From Stylophora pistillata (Eukaryota), in NCBI RefSeq assembly GCF_002571385.2, contig NW_019217945.1:481090-544943 (forward strand): a stretch of 63,854 nucleotides of DNA, written 5' to 3'. Below the pieces are notes generated by a model that was not told the origin of the DNA, did no database searches, and saw only the letters and a program-made list of their open reading frames with translations. Shown piece after piece: positions 1 through 15,400 of this stretch; position 1 is the first letter of the stretch, and every line of letters begins with the position of its first letter. A program made the position numbers and the translations under genes.

Positions 1-517
1 AGAGTTAATTTTAATCTACTGAATATGAATTTTTCATTTCACAACCACACGGCTTCCTATTTGGCTTCCATTGCAAATGTTACGACCTCCCACATTGTCC
101 CAAATTAGAAAAATAGCAACAGTTATCCTACATTCGATTTGTGTTCTGAAAAAGCATTCAACCTCACTAGCTACACTCGGTGGCTTAGAACGGCAGTTTC
201 TAGGCAGTCCAGAGTTTGCCCACTTAATCGCGTGCATATTTTCTCTGACCCGGGTACTATAATCCGGCTGGGTGTAGCTTTGACGGGCTTGTTTTTATTA
301 TGTTGAATTTCAGGAAGAGTCCTTTATCAAGCGGATTTTCTGTCCCGTCTTTTTGTATTAATATCTTTGACAGGTATGATCTGCAGGGGGTCTCGAAGGG
401 GCCAAATTGGTAAAGAAGGTCGTGCGTCTAAGCCTTGAGCTGATCATTTCGTGTTTTCATTTGCATCCGCAGCACACGGCGTACAACGCACTCCATAGCT
501 TACACCAGGAATTCAAG

Positions 518-3500
518 ATGGCGGGCTTTCTGAATCATTACCCACCGTACCCAGTCAACGGTCTAAACATGCCTCCGCGGACCGCGGACATGTTTTCTCC
601 TATGGTCGCTCCGCCGTATGGTAGGCCTCCTTTATTTTTAGACGCAAAATGGGAACAATGGTCTTGTCACTCTCCACAGAACCAAAAAACCCTCGGAGTA
701 AAGCCCTGGTCGAATATAACAATTATCTAAGACTGCCACACTACTAGTTTCTTCACCATGAGCCGTGTTTAGTGGTTTAGCATATTTTTTGAGAACGCTA
801 TTTGATCGATCGATTATTTTACTCGTGCTATTTCTGGACGTTATTTAGTTTGGCGAGACCTCCCAGATGTGTGGGTTTAGAACTTGTAACAGGCTCTTTG
901 CAAAAACGCGAGCACATCCAAAACTATCCTAAAACTTTTATCTAGGAATAATAAGTAATAAATTGATACTTTCTTACTTCTAAAGTTGGGGATAGATGTT
1001 TTCGTTAATGAGACATGATGGCATCTGTTTCATTTATCTACCATAGGAAATTTCCGCGCTGTAGATCTAGTCATCAAGTTTGATTCCTGTTAAGATGGCT
1101 AAAATCATTCCTTATCTTGTTCAGGAAGAACACGACGTGATTTTTCGTTCCCACAGGATTTGTGGGCGCAAACACTTTTTAAGCTGGGCCGATTTCCAAA
1201 CGAAAATGTGTTCTGCGAGAACAATTTGCAAGTGGGAGAGGATGAAGCATTTTTCCCCTTGGAAAACAACCAAACTGATTTTCAGTTATTTGTTTGGAGA
1301 CTAACTTATGTTATTCCTTAAAGAGCAGTTTCTTTGAATGATTGCTCGGGCATTAAAATGATGAATTTATTTAAAGTTTAATTCTATGATGAGAACGGAA
1401 ATATCGTCCCATTGAGACGATAAAACAACAAAAAACATGTTAAAAACACCACAATGAAAAGGTTTCAAATACCTTTGAAATGTTTGCCAAAATTCGCCAT
1501 CGTCATTGCAAACTTATAAACTCGTTCTATTCTGCTATGAAAATAGCTCACTTTTTACATTTGATATTCAAACTACAGCTAGTCGAATTCCTTTGGCAAA
1601 TTAAAGGTAGGCTCAATTCCCCACACAGATTGTACGCAAATTCAACCACAAAGGAAAAAGTTGAACAAAGTTTGATGTAGACAAATTTGTTTCATAAATA
1701 CAACTAAATGAAGCCAAAGCGACTGTGTAATCCACCATGTAAACTTGGTTCGGTCTGAGGGCAAATCCTAAAGTCGAACTTTATTGCTGTAATAAAAGAT
1801 TTCGTTGATTATAGAGGATAAACACATTTCAGTATTTTAATGCTGAGCTGGATCTAGTTTAAGCGGCAATAAAACGATTCAGGCATTTTGTAGAGTTGAT
1901 GGAACTCAATCTTTCAGGTTATCCAAGAAAACAGAGAAGAGAGAGGACCACATTTACTAAGGCTCAACTTGAAATTTTGGAAGAACTATTCTCAAAGACA
2001 AAGTACCCTGATATCTTCATGAGAGAAGAAGTTGCCATGAAAATAAACCTACCAGAATCAAGAGTGCAGGTAATTCAGAGCATAGTTATTTTTTTTTTCT
2101 CAGAATGAAGAATCAGTTAACAACTGCGCGACTAGGAACATAAACTCTTCAGTTAAGAATTGAGATGACAGAAAATTTATTTGTCAAGTGATGCGCTAAT
2201 CGGGGGCAAAACCCAAATCGTGTCATCTTTTACTTCAATGGAATGTTTGAAAACTAACCACCACAGGAAAAACAGAAAATATTTGTCTTCCGTGTTCATT
2301 TAAATGATTGAACTGAACTGAGAATCTTTTTGAAGTTTATTCTGGAAAAAGTCTTACCTAACAAGGCGGGGCCGAAGGTGTTTAAAGTTCGACACGAAAG
2401 GGATTTGATAGGAGTGGGCTGTAAATTACTTGCATGAAATCACCACCAATGTGTTCTCTTTCTTTTCTCCCTTTCGTTCTACAAACGAGGGACGGTTTAA
2501 GGAACTTTTTCTAAAAAAAAAAGAGTTTGACCCATACTAACTATTTTCATTGCGTTTCCTTAGTTTCGGAAACTGACGGGTTTGCCCCCTTGGCATCAAG
2601 CATGGAATGTGCTTGAATTCTTTCCTTGCAAAAGTTTCCTTTGATTTTGGTTGATCATTTGACGCTAATAAACTGTCTCAAATCTGCGTTAGCAGCGGAA
2701 AAACATTTTCCTGGTTCATTAGAATTTCGCGGTGACAAAGTTTCAACTTGTTTCATGTGTTTTAAAGCATGAGCAGCTGTTACCAACAATAAATCGTTTT
2801 TACAAAATTGAACTTCAGACTTTTAATTTCAAAGTACAAACACTAGCATTCGTTTCTCACCGCTTAAAGCAATGGTAGAAGTACGTGATTGAATGAGAGA
2901 AGGTGGACAACTTATAAAAGACGACATCAATTGTTTCTTCACCACAAATTGGCAACAAGGATAGAATGTTTTCCGATTTTTCCGGCCCTATTAAAGTGTA
3001 TCACCAGTTGTGGGTTTGGAAGCTTTCATTTGGTTTTTATTCGTTACGTGTGATGGTTTAAAAGCGGTCTGTCAAGTCGCATTTGATTAGGTGTTATAAC
3101 TTTAAAAAACAACTCAAACGCTAAAAGCAACTTTGTGAAGACGTATTCAAAACAACTGACCAAAACGGGGTCCAACACCGAAAAATTCTCCAAATCACCA
3201 TCTGTCTTTTGTATGACGAATAGAAGCTTTTTCTTATTTCTTCATTCTTTCGTGTTCGTATACTTGGAAGGTCTAAATTGCCACCAAAGTTGTTTGAATA
3301 GAGCACTTTTAAGTACAAGACAGGAACATGACTCAAAAATTATTCCATTACTTTTATATACCAGTCCAAAATACAAATTTAGCAACGAAAAGAAAACCTT
3401 TTACAAATTAAACTTCATGCGAGACCCTCCTAAGAGAATATTTAATTCATTCATTTAACGTCCAATTTCAAACTGAAAAATTCGTTGTGGTTCGCTCAGC

Positions 3501-4588
3501 TTCTACTTGATCAGGTGTAAATTCTAATTATATTAAAATATTTTGACTTCCGAGTATTTATCATTTAAGGGTACACACCTGGTTTGTGTACGTACACACG
3601 AATGTAGTGTCAAGGAATTTCACGCCCTCATACGGTTCATCTGTTCTCACGTAATGATACTAAGGTTAAATATATTTTATTTGACAAAGGCAGGCTTGTA
3701 GAAAGTCAACACAGAGCAATGTATCGAGCATATTTTATTTAGTGAAAGAAGAATGTCTCGTCATATTTAGTGTGCGTGAGGTTTGAGATCGCGTGTTTGT
3801 TTCTATGTCGAGACGGTGCGCTTGACCTCCGTTTTGCGTGCGTTTGTTGTATGAGGAGTGTCTCCTTTTTATATTGTATTTATTAGGAACTGAAACTCTC
3901 CAGAGAAAACTACTTAAGACCTTTCCCGAAAGTCACGCTCACGCGGAACAGCAGGAGTTTGCGCCAAAACTTGATTGAAATGTTAATATAAACCTCCGAA
4001 CTTCTTTATTGACTTTATTTGAGTAGTAATACTAACTTTTTTACCTAAACCTTCTAAATCGAGCTTTCGTTATTTTTCTGCTACTTATCTTTACAAAATG
4101 CTATTGCTACTCAACGTAAATCGCCACTGGATACAAAACAAACAAAACGCTAGACAACAATTGCGTTCCACTTGTTTCGCAGGCGCCATTTGCAATTAAA
4201 CGGCATTCTATGTTTATTTTTTTTCGTTTATGAACAGGTGTGGTTTAAAAACCGACGCGCCAAAGTACGACAACAGAGCAAAGGGGAACCCAAACCTAAA
4301 CCCAAGCCAAAAACGCCAACTGTAAGCAAAGATTCCTCACAGGCGGGCCCATCGCCATGCAGGTACGCCAGCTGCAGTGGGAATATCTGGAGCCCTGCGC
4401 ACGACTCTGTAAGGCCAATGCCCACGTACCCATCCCACGCCGTCATTAACAACAGCATGGCAATGTCTACTGCAAATCCATCCTTCATGCCCCCACCACC
4501 ACCCCCTCCGTATTACTGCTCAAGTCCAAACGGTGGATCCTACATGCCTTTAGAGCATGCGCATATGCATCCGATGGCACCAAGATAA
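518..4588 (+). CDS. otx: Otx homeobox transcription factor, paralogue 1 (most canonical; 201 aa). Exons 518-620, 1918-2069, 4238-4588
   Basis: GT-AG introns in phases 1 and 0 join into one frame: [16 protein letters not shown]...PPYG|[50 protein letters not shown]|[10 protein letters not shown]50 homeodomain, N-terminal PPYPVNGL resembling vertebrate Otx PPYAVNGL, and the Otx WSP motif (IWSPA). Confidence 0.95.
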
Positions 4589-7500
4589 AGCTCTAGTCAT
4601 ACGTCTTAGAGATCGTTTCAAAGGGCACAAAACCCCGTGTAGGCAGGAAACAAGTATAAAGCAGAAGAAAAAAAGAACTACGTTAACATACCAGGTTTTT
4701 GATAAAACCAATTAGTTTAGATAAATAGCTTATTCTGGAATACAATTCCTTGACAGTAATCCTTGCATTGTCTTAAAGAAAAGGAAAACTTGTTTACCAT
4801 ATAATAAGATTCGAATGGCAGAGTATCGATTCTTCCGAAACGCATTTAGGGATCATCATGCTAGCTTTATTTTTGGAATCCTCTAAAAGGTTCGTTTTAA
4901 TGAAACTAAACCTGTTTTTCTTTAGAATTAGTACGCAAAACCTTTTAGGATTTGATGAAAGTCTTTCTGTGAGGTAGAGCATTATGTGGAGAAAATAAGA
5001 ACGCTCGTTCATGTTTGAACCGCAAGAATGCAGAGTCCGTTGCCTTGTTGCACGAATGTTTAGAAAATAAGCTCTAACGAGTTGTTGTTTACGGGCTAAA
5101 AGCGATATATTTCCTAAATTTTGTCTAAAAGCAGACCACAGTGTGGGTTACAGCTTCTCGGTTGTTTTCGTTTAGTGAAGTGTCTGGTGTTACTTTACGT
5201 GAGTTTTTGAATAGATTCAACCCAGTGGACTTTTTAAGCCGGACCATTCGACGCTAGAAGTTTCCGGCTTTAGTACGAGGCAGTTATTTGAAATTGTACC
5301 TTGTTGTTCAATGATCATTGCTGTCGAAACTGACTCTGTTCTGTTCTTTTAACCTCTCAGTCCAAGGTTTAACGTTCAGTCTTCTTTTCAGAGTAATACT
5401 TGTTTTTTGTTCCTTGACTCTAAGCTTTAGATGTGGGATACTTGCTCAGCAGCTTTTAATAGTTTTTAAATTAGAAACCTATGCAGCTTGTTGGGTAGTT
5501 TTGCATAAGATTTCTTCCTTTTGAATAGTCACACACTTTGATTTCAAATGCAGATCATAAAGTTTAACAAGCATCATTCAACAGCCGAATAGTATGAAAT
5601 GCTTTCTTCGATTTTTAACTGAATGCTGTTTTGTCTTGTTTTTTTTTTGTTTTTGTTGTTGTTCATTTTAACTGGATTTTCACACCTTTCGTTCAATGCT
5701 CGCATTCCACCTAAAAGATGGAATGCGAGACCGGCAAATAATAAATATGCATTTGCATATTTACTTACAAACCTTTTTTTGTTATTTTCAGTGACATCAC
5801 AAACTCGGTAAAATATTTACTATCACCAAGAGGTAATAAACTCTTGCTATTACAGAACGAATACACGTCACTCTACATCTTTTACTTATTTAGCTAATTT
5901 CGATTGCTTCACTTCACAGTGTTTTACATGAGGCCTTCTCAAACTAGGGCTTTACAGAATGTTACTATAAATAGAAACATTTAAGCCTAAACTTCATATA
6001 ATATATTGTTGATAGAGTCTTCGATCTCTACTAACGTGTAAATAGTTAATAAAATGGTAATGTTATATATGAATAGATAAGGAAGCTGTATTGTGATGCG
6101 AATTTAATCTCATGATAAAGTGTAAAAATAATTTTAGGACCAAACTAGTCTAGATTATTCCTTTTAGCTCTGATCGGAGTACACGCTACTGAAATTGTCA
6201 TCTTGTGCAAGTCTATATAAATATTTGTTAGTAAGTTTAAATTTCTTGAGGCTCAGCGAGAAAAGGGGCTACTGGGTCATCTTAACCAAAGAAAATGTTG
6301 CTTTATTTGATATAAAATCGTTTAATATATGTAATGATTGTATAGTAAATAAAACATATGGATGGAATTCAAGGGAGCTTGAAATGCATAAATAAATTAT
6401 ATTAGAAAATAAATCACCTCTTGTCTTATTTTTGTCGGAAATCACATTGTATGCCTAACTTATCACTTCCAAGTTTTTTTCTTGCCTTGTGGCGTTTGCC
6501 TATTCTAAGTTTCTCATGCAACGCACCCATTGGTTTCAGATAATTCTCTGTTATTCCTTTTTGGTTCAAGTTACCGGCGTTTTTTACTTTTCACCAGTTT
6601 ATAATTTCCTCTTCATTATTAGTTTCAAAGAAGTAAAACGTTTAGTCAAATACTGTTTTTGATCTAGAGGATGAGGCCGAGAATGAGGAATGGAGAAATG
6701 AAAAGGCTTGAAAATTCTGCTTTGAGTAGAATAGAATAACATTTGCAAAAATTCACATCACATTTCTTGACTGATTTAAAATAATCCATTTAAATGGATA
6801 CTTTCCTCTATTGTGATAATGTAATGCTATTAAGACATGATTTAAGTTAGTTTATTGGATAAGGCAGTACACTGTAAAGCAAAGTTTGAAGAGCAGCATA
6901 AATAGACAAAAATCTCTTATTAGGATTGTAGTTGTCATTCGCACAATTTTTAGTATGGATTACCCTCATGAATTCCTTCAAGCTGGGTCGACTATCTTTA
7001 GATTCTTAAACTAATTCAGCCATTAATTTAGAACCTTTAAATCGAAGCAACGGATCTCTTAAAGGTAAACTGAATATTGTGTACAAGAAGGTGATACTGA
7101 CAAATTGTTTTTGTCACAAATAACAGATTTTCCGCATCTCCTAATTTCAACAAATTAACGTAAATTAACCTTAAATTATGATCAGGAATATCTCATTTGA
7201 TGTATTGTTATTTGAATAACAAGACAGCAAACTCAATTACCTTCTTTTCTCGCATTTGTAAATGACATTAAGTGAGGCCAAAAATTTTACTAAAGCATGA
7301 TTATATTGATGGAATTTAGAATTAATTAGGACACCCGGTAGAATTGAGGTCGAATTATACAATGCTGTTTTAAAATAAAACGAATTCTTGAATAACTGCT
7401 TTGCATGCTTTATAGCATCAAAAACAAATGCCTAAGGCAGTGCGATCTGTTTCAACACATTCAACCTTGACATATTTATAAAAATAGCAAAGACGACTGT

Positions 7501-10500
7501 CTGTAGTATTTCCCGATGCAATGTTCAAGTGCCCTCGGGCAATCACACTATTCACTTTTTTCCTCATCTTATGTTTAAGTGAATCAAACATTGTAAATTT
7601 GTGAATAAAACGTTGAAAGTGTAATTGCCTCCTTGACTACAAGAATCACATTTACGCTAATTTCAACACACGGCTTATTAAATGCGAATCGAGGCTGGGT
7701 AAAGTAAATTCGTTGTCACTGAGACATGTGAATTAACGATGATCGATTGATGATTAAAAGGGACAAGTCCAACGAAAATGATATCGAACGTGATAAGTGT
7801 TCTAAACGAGTCTGTTGGAAGTCACTGGGTATTTGTGAAGAAGCAATAGTTAACTAAACAGATTAATTTTCAACAGCAAATTAAAATAAGATCACTCTCT
7901 AGGAAATCTGAAAGCACAGTGGGAATCCAATTTTTTTTTAAAAGTCGAAGGGGATGCCGCGGTGTCTGCTCATATCCCTTGAACCTGTTACCTTTTGTTT
8001 ATATTGGACGAGTCTTGACAAGAAAAACGTCACAGAAGCTTTCTTTATTACAAGATTAAGTCTCTGCCATAGATGCTAGGCTTAATCTTAGATGAATCAT
8101 GACAAATTATCGGCGGATAGGTTGCAATGTCAGAGGACCTGCTGCATGCTGTGAGGAGTAATGAGACAAGGGAAGTTTTTTGGGAAGAATTGTTTGATGG
8201 AAACAAAACTTATTAAACTAATTTGGGGCGCAGTACTACGCGCGTCATTTCCAGCTCAAAGTGGCCCTTTGCTACAGCACGAATTCTGGCAGCTCATTCT
8301 TTCGTTGTCTATAGTTCCTGATAAGATAACCCAAAGCTTCCAAGCCCGTGGAGTGCAAGGGCGAATTGAGCTAGTTCAGAAATGGAGGCCTTATAATTGT
8401 AATGGGAGCACGTGATCCTCTCGTTTAACAAATTGAGATATAAAAAAATTAAAATAATTAACGAATAGCGAGATAAAGAATACTACACTTGGGTACCCTC
8501 TTGAACCACACTTAAATTTGTTTTAAAAATCAGTCTGAAAGACTTGTAGTATACCCAAAACTTTTTTCTCTTTCGTGCTTCAATAACTGCTCCCATATTA
8601 ATTCCAGTCATTTCAGTAGCAATATCGAGCTTTCTTTTTGCTTAGGGACGTGTTCAACTGACATGAGTAAAGTGAGCTTTAGTTCATAACATGTAGATAC
8701 ATTTTTCTTGACTTGAAGCGTAATCCAACTAATTGGACGGCGTGAAATCTGAGCAATTCCGAAATGAAGACATAATTTAAGATAAACTAATACATTAACG
8801 AGCAGTTCAGCTGAGATGATCAAACTTGACATGTACGTATAGTCTGTTCCAGGCATGCTGTGTTTGGCGAAAAACAATTCAATTTTAGTTTTTATTCATC
8901 GTTTTCCTTTGCACATTTGCCGCAATTTATTCACTCGCTGCTGTGTGTGTATCCAATGAACTCTTGCAACAGTCTGCAGGAAACATTTACGGCCGACAGA
9001 TCAACGATAATTTTTAATTACACCGCAAAAAACCATTACCAAATCTGCTAATCTAAATATTTCGAAAAGTCATCTTGATTAATATCATGATTCTTCCTTT
9101 GGACGCTAAGGGTTTATGACCAAAATATCTTCATGGTTTATTGAATAACAACCATCCAAATATTCGCCGTATCTCCCTCTTGGCATTTTATGTTGGGTAT
9201 ATATCTTACTCCTCAAACCATTCTTTAATTGATTCTTTTCATTTTTTCCATCATTGTCGCTTATCTTATCCACTAGTTGTTATTGCTGCGATGAAACGTC
9301 CATTTCAACCGTTTCCTGATGATAATCCGAATGATTGCTTTGGTTATTCTCCCCCTAACGGGCATGTACTGTGATGCATAATGTATTTTTTTACAATCGA
9401 TTAAGGTCGGACAGTTAAGATGAACGTTTTCTTAAGCTTTGTTTCTTTTGCGGCAAGACAATTTGTTTTTAATTTTTTTATTTTGCGGCCGAAAATCATA
9501 GACAAAGTTTTATTCCTTGGACGGCAGTGACAGAGCTTATTGCTGTGTTTTGATGTACTTTTTCTTAAGATTTTTGTTATCAATCTCGCCAGACATTCCG
9601 AAAAACATACCTACCACAGATCGTAAATCAGACCTTCCATGAAGGAAACGCAGGCGGTTGACCCCGCTGCGAGCGTGATCACAAGCCCACATAAACTGCA
9701 GGAGTAAACATTCACCCATTTCCTACCAAGACAAACTCTAGCCTAAAAATTCTCTATCTTCCCACACTAAACAGAGCTGAATGATTTTGCCACCTGAATA
9801 TGTTTTCTCCATTCTTTTTTTTCCTTCAGTAATTAAGGGCATCATACCGTAAACGCAAAAAAATAACTTAACTACGTCTTTCGATATCTTTGACTCAGTT
9901 GGTACATATTCGTCCTCGATGTTTATTATCACTTTCAAATCAATGAGCTCGATAGGATTATGCTGTGTAGGTCGAGGGTAATCTTGTCCACTGCTCAGTG
10001 GAGTCTATTCTATGGAAGGAAAAGCTATTATTAGTCGGATGATCTCGTATATTTGGCTTCCCTCTAAAAAAAATCCTTTCAAATCACAAAACATCCACTT
10101 CTTTCACCGAGGATTATTATCATCCTTAAAACAGCAAACCAGTGTTCATTTAATGAAGGACCTAGGCAGTTTACTCTCCTTTCACAAAATCAGGAAATTA
10201 ATAAAAACTTTGCTTTTCCTAAAGCTCCCAAAAGTTAAGTGAAGGTTAAGTAATGTATTTTAAAATTTCCTGTTACCAGCCACGTTAACTAATTACCTAA
10301 TTTACGTTTAGTTTGCTACCGAGTAACCTCGTTAATTCTATTTCTTCAGGAAAGAAGATTTGACGCGACTCTTAAGACCAATGAGTGTAAATTGACGATG
10401 AAGCAAGGCTGACGGTCTTAATGATTAGACAGTAGAATTAAGAACTTGGCAGTGTGTGAGGCAAGTCTGCAATTCAGTCTCTACTCAAGTCCTATGTAAC

Positions 10501-12322
10501 TGTTTTTATAGGCCCCACCCTTTCTCATTCAAGAAGCGGAGCGCTCTCCTCAGTTTCCCTGGACAGCACTCGGTTTCTCTATCCTAATCAACCGATTGTA
10601 AACACGATCAGTCCTGAACTAAAAAAAACTATTCTACGGAACGCTTTTCTCTATGGTTGAGAGGAAAATAAACATAGGGTTCCATTTTATTTTAATCTCT
10701 AATGAGCGGAAATCAGTACTTGGCTTAAACTGGAGCTGCAACCCACAAAAGGGTCAATGGCAAGAGAGAGAGAAGGAACGTGAACTACTCTGGTGGGCCT
10801 AAACCTTGAAGAAAGTCTGATATAGTAGTACTTTTGAATTGTGTTTTAAGGAAAACAGGTCACGAAATTGTCAGGGGGGTCACTGAAAATTTTCCTTCAG
10901 TGAATCATATCTTTGAATCAAAGTTTTTGTGGGTGCATGCTACACCAAAAATAAAAGGAATATGGAAATGAAGATGGACGGATGGATGAAGATGAAAAAG
11001 ATTCATCCAAACAACTTTCGTCTTTGAGAGATGTAGAGATTAATAAACTAATATTACTCACAAAAAAATAACACCTTTAGAATGATTTTTTTATTATTGT
11101 TGTTTTTTATTAGCTTTCATATATCACTAAATTTGAAATTAAAAGGCCCAATAATTTAAAAGGATAAAAATTGGGGCCTCTTATGAAAAGTGCACTTGGC
11201 TTGCTTGTTCATAAAGGGTGTGATGGCGATTTTAATGACATATCTAAAACAATGAAATTTGCCACCTATTGAGTGAAACAGTTTTTTTTCGACAAACGTT
11301 CTAGACCAAGCAGTGATGATTTATTCTTTTGTGTGTGAGGATTACCACTGATTCACACGTCAATTTAACCCTATTTTTAACGAAGACTGCTAATCCATTT
11401 TCAGTGAAATGTCAAGTATAAATTCCTCTTTCGATGAGATTTCATTTTACGACCTACGGGTGGGTGGAAATTCAAGTGAACTTTCTAACCTGCCAAATGT
11501 ACATAAGATAGTCATTTGCATAGCCAAATGCACCCTGATTTGAACACTTATCTCTATGGGTAAAAAAGAAGGTTTTAAGGTTTCCGTGAATCTATAAAAA
11601 GCGTATCATAAATCCTAATGAAGACACTTGAAAAAATCCCACAAAATGCTAATGCCATTTAATGCATCAGATCAGTCTCACAGGCTATGATGTACATATC
11701 TGCTACTTAAAAAATTTTCTGCGCATTACAAAACTCACTTGTTTATAGTCCAACGATATTATGAACAGCCATTTCCTGGAACCTCCACATATCTTTACAT
11801 GTGAATAAAAAAAGTGATGACGAAATCGACCAGAAAATAGATATTTTTAATTTCTTCATTTAACGGAAATGGCCACAGACAGCCCTCTTTTGCTGTCTGC
11901 CATACACAGAGCGCAGAAGTTCCTGAGTCATGCAAGCCGCACTTAAACACGCATGTTACCGTCGGCGAATGTTCGATTCATCAACTTCTGCTGTGTAAGG
12001 ATTTTCTTTTTGCAGTCGTGCCGGTAGGATTGTCAAGATTACAGAAGATTCTGAAACATTTTTAGCAGATAACACAGAGAAATGTCTAGACCTTTTATTT
12101 CAATAGCGTCCATTACGAAGACAACACCCTAATACATCACCAAGGTTTCAAACAACAGGGGTCACTCAGGTGTCCACTGAGCCACGCCAACTGTATCTGG
12201 ATCCTTTAGACTTTGACACAGAACAGAGCAGAAATTCGTCAAAGTCTGTTTAATCTCAAAGCATCCCGTATGTACACATCATATTTGTTGGAATGCATTA
12301 GGCGACGTCCCGGAAAAAGGAG

Positions 12323-12488
12323 TATATAAACAGAGCTTATAAGAGACCAGAGCTAGATCAGTCCTAAACGAAGAATTATTTTCACCCATCTCTCATTCCC
12401 AAATAGTCACAGCACATTTGATAGCCACAGTCGCAGCTGTCAAGGTTGACTAAAGCCGGAGAGGTTCATTAAGCATTTGAAGGTAAGC
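12323..12488 (+). promoter_or_regulatory. Candidate orphan promoter plus non-coding first exon
   Basis: TATATAAA 12323-12330, initiator-like TCAGT 12358-12362, no ATG in the putative exon, and a consensus donor AAG|GTAAGC after 12482. Confidence 0.3.
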
Positions 12489-15400
12489 GCAAAGCATAAT
12501 AGTTGAAGGAAACATACCTTTCTCAATCGCTTCTTGGATTTTGTACCCCAACACTAACGTAGTCGCCTCAAATATTTGACGCCATTAACCCTAGTCAGTG
12601 GTAAAGCAACTTTTGCGTCGCTTGCTTTGAATGCCTTGTTGTGACGTTCAGCAAATCGGCTTGACCGAATCCGGTACACGACTGAGGTTGAAATAACCAA
12701 TGTAATTTTTATCAAAGCAGATCATCTCGGCCCTCTTCCCTCCTTTTTCTCGCTTTTGTGTTCAAAAGAAATTTCCCTGTTTTTTATTGAAAAAGGTTAG
12801 CACCCAAACTAAATTAGGAAAAGCTTTAGCAGTTATTCCTGTGTCACAAGTTTTCCTGACATCAGATCATGTGTTTCAGTTCCACTGTCAGGCTCAGTAC
12901 CTTGGAAATTTAAAGAATACGAGTCGAGTATTAGTTCCCTCGTAAACATGTCGTCATGTCTTTATTGATTGAGTGGGAAAGAAGGCCTTATGGCGGCTAA
13001 ATTTTCTGTGGTTTTGAAAATTAAACACTGAGAGAAAACAAATTTTCTTTTCAAAGGGATCGTTTTGACCAAATGTCAGAGTATAGATGGTGTATGCAGT
13101 TGTTTCAAGAATTGCCACAGAGATTTAAAAAGGCACTGATCTCCCATTCCTTTCTAAAAATTGACTGCAAAATAACAGCTGGTTTTGAGTAGGTTTTTTC
13201 TTCTTTATTAGTTGTGTCTCTTTGACTGAGATTCCAGGCGTCAATCCGATCCCGTAACGAACTTCATTATCCGTTCAACGGCTTCGTCCAGAGGTGTACT
13301 GCTTCAGAACAGGTCTTTGTGACCCTTGAAAAGACTTACAATTATAATCTTTTCCTTTCAATTCGAAGGAAAGTAATAAGATGTCGAATGATTGCGCATC
13401 CGTCTTCCCCCCCGAAAAAAAGTAAACTTCTACATTTCTCAGAAAATTATTGTCAACTTTCTCCGCTAGCCACAAAGCTCTGTTTGCCTTTGCCTTTCAA
13501 CACCTAAAACTCTACCACGCACCCACTTAGTTTTTTTAGTTCGAATGGTACAGGACATGTATCGTAGTGGCAATAAGAATAGTTGATAAGAAGACCATGT
13601 TGTCAGGTGTCTGTGAAATAAGGGATCGCAAGCCAAATATACATGAAACCAAGTCTCACGATGGCAGAAATCGACAGAGATTTAATTTATTTTGTCATCC
13701 GCTTGATAAAATGTGGCGATGAGGGAAAACGGCTCTGACTTTCAATTGACACAAACACTTTCCGTAATTCTCTTAGCCTTTGTCACACTGTTCAGCACAA
13801 AAGAATAATTAGAGTCTGTTGTTATGTACTAAATGCAGGGATGTCAAAATGACCTTGGTGTGTCCACAAGCTTTGTACCAAAGTGTAAATTGAGGGGGCG
13901 TTGCTTTATACAATACTTGACAAACCCGCATAGTTAAACCAATTTAATGATTTCCTGTCTTGGATAAGAAAAAAGTTTTTTCGTGCACAGAAGCACAGCA
14001 GCAACGAGACATATTTCTTAAAAATTTAATTCCCTCACTTGCCCATCTGAAAAACTCCAGTCATATGATCATACTAGTCAACAACGTAATAGAAACCTTG
14101 AAAGAAAGTTTAAAGGCAGTTACTTAAATCGTCGAAGGTGATCGATGTTTTATATTATGTGCCGATAATGAGATAACGATATAATCTTTGATAAACAGCA
14201 GTTAGTTTGCTGCTCGGCCAGTCAATGTTTCAATTTAAAATGACGTGCAAGATTCCCACTTTTTCCCCATTGGCTGTAGGTAAGCAAACAAAACGAGCTA
14301 ACACCTTACTGTCTCCGGTTGAAAACTTAAGCTCGTTGATCATTCATTTCCACAAATATCGGATATTACTCAAGAACAATGGCAAACGCGTGACATTTTC
14401 CGCCAAGTTCGCATCTGTGGGGGATAAGTTTGAAAGCCACACGGATAAGAAATTTGACCACGAAACACGCAATCAAATCAAAGTGGTTTTATTTGTTTTT
14501 ATGTCATTTCCACGGGAGAAATAAATCCGTTTATCACAGAGAAAAGTTCCCAGAACACACCAAAACAGCATGCAAGTAAAATGCTTAAATCTCGTAAATT
14601 AATACCCTTTGTAAATTAGATTTGTATGTCACTTTGTGTTCGTGGCATAGTATTCAATTTTGATTGATTCTAAAGTGTCTCTGGTAAGACCTAACAACAA
14701 GGACAGGTCCTGAGCCTAACTACTCAACAAGTTAAAAATATGTCGAATTGGGAATTAGGAAGTTAAGCCAAACCTTTCAAACATCCTCGAGAGGAAGTTG
14801 AACCAAAAAAGTTAGAGATCTTCTCTTTTGTCCGTTAGAACAAAGGATTTCTACTATTAATATTCAAAAGATCATATTTCAATGACACAGAGGCGATAAA
14901 AAAGTTTAAAAAAGTAAAAAAGCACGGAATGTAACGAATATCATAAAATTTGATGTTGCATCTTTTTTGATCCATTAGCGGATATAATTTGAATGCATGG
15001 TCGAAGCCAGCTCAACCGACCACCATCTAACGATAGCCATTTCTGACCGCCTCTGCAATGGGAGCCAATACGATTCGGATAGTTTCGTCTAAAAATGTTA
15101 CCTGTGTGTTTCAGTTACTTTGTTAGGATCATTTTCACTCTAAAGAGTTTATAAAGGCTCAAAAGTGATTTTGGAAAAGCTATTACAAATTCCGTCTTAG
15201 CTTTTTTACAGTTGGTAGTCACAAACAAAGACAGTATCCACACTGAGAACAATGACGTGCCAGCCTTCTGCTAGCAACAAACAAAGCATATTAGAGCTGG
15301 TTCGATTCAATCAGCTCTGTGGCCAATTTTGACGCAAATTTGGCAATTTAGTGCTCCGAACTATGTTTTAATACCAAACCATATCTTTAGAATGAAATCA

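Noticed and set aside
1480-1680. ORF with a phase-1 G|GTAGG donor in Otx-1 intron 1 as a 1b equivalent
   Set aside because: No GCxxC motif or other similarity to the 1b peptides; likely chance.
4228-4488. Antisense ORFs over Otx last exons (also 26549-26930, 36387-36572, 45482-45724)
   Set aside because: Shadows of real coding exons; no shared peptide beyond the reverse-complemented homeobox.
15056-15068. CAATGGGAGCCAA shared with about 39525-39537
   Set aside because: A single 13-mer match without flanking similarity is plausible by chance in 64 kb.
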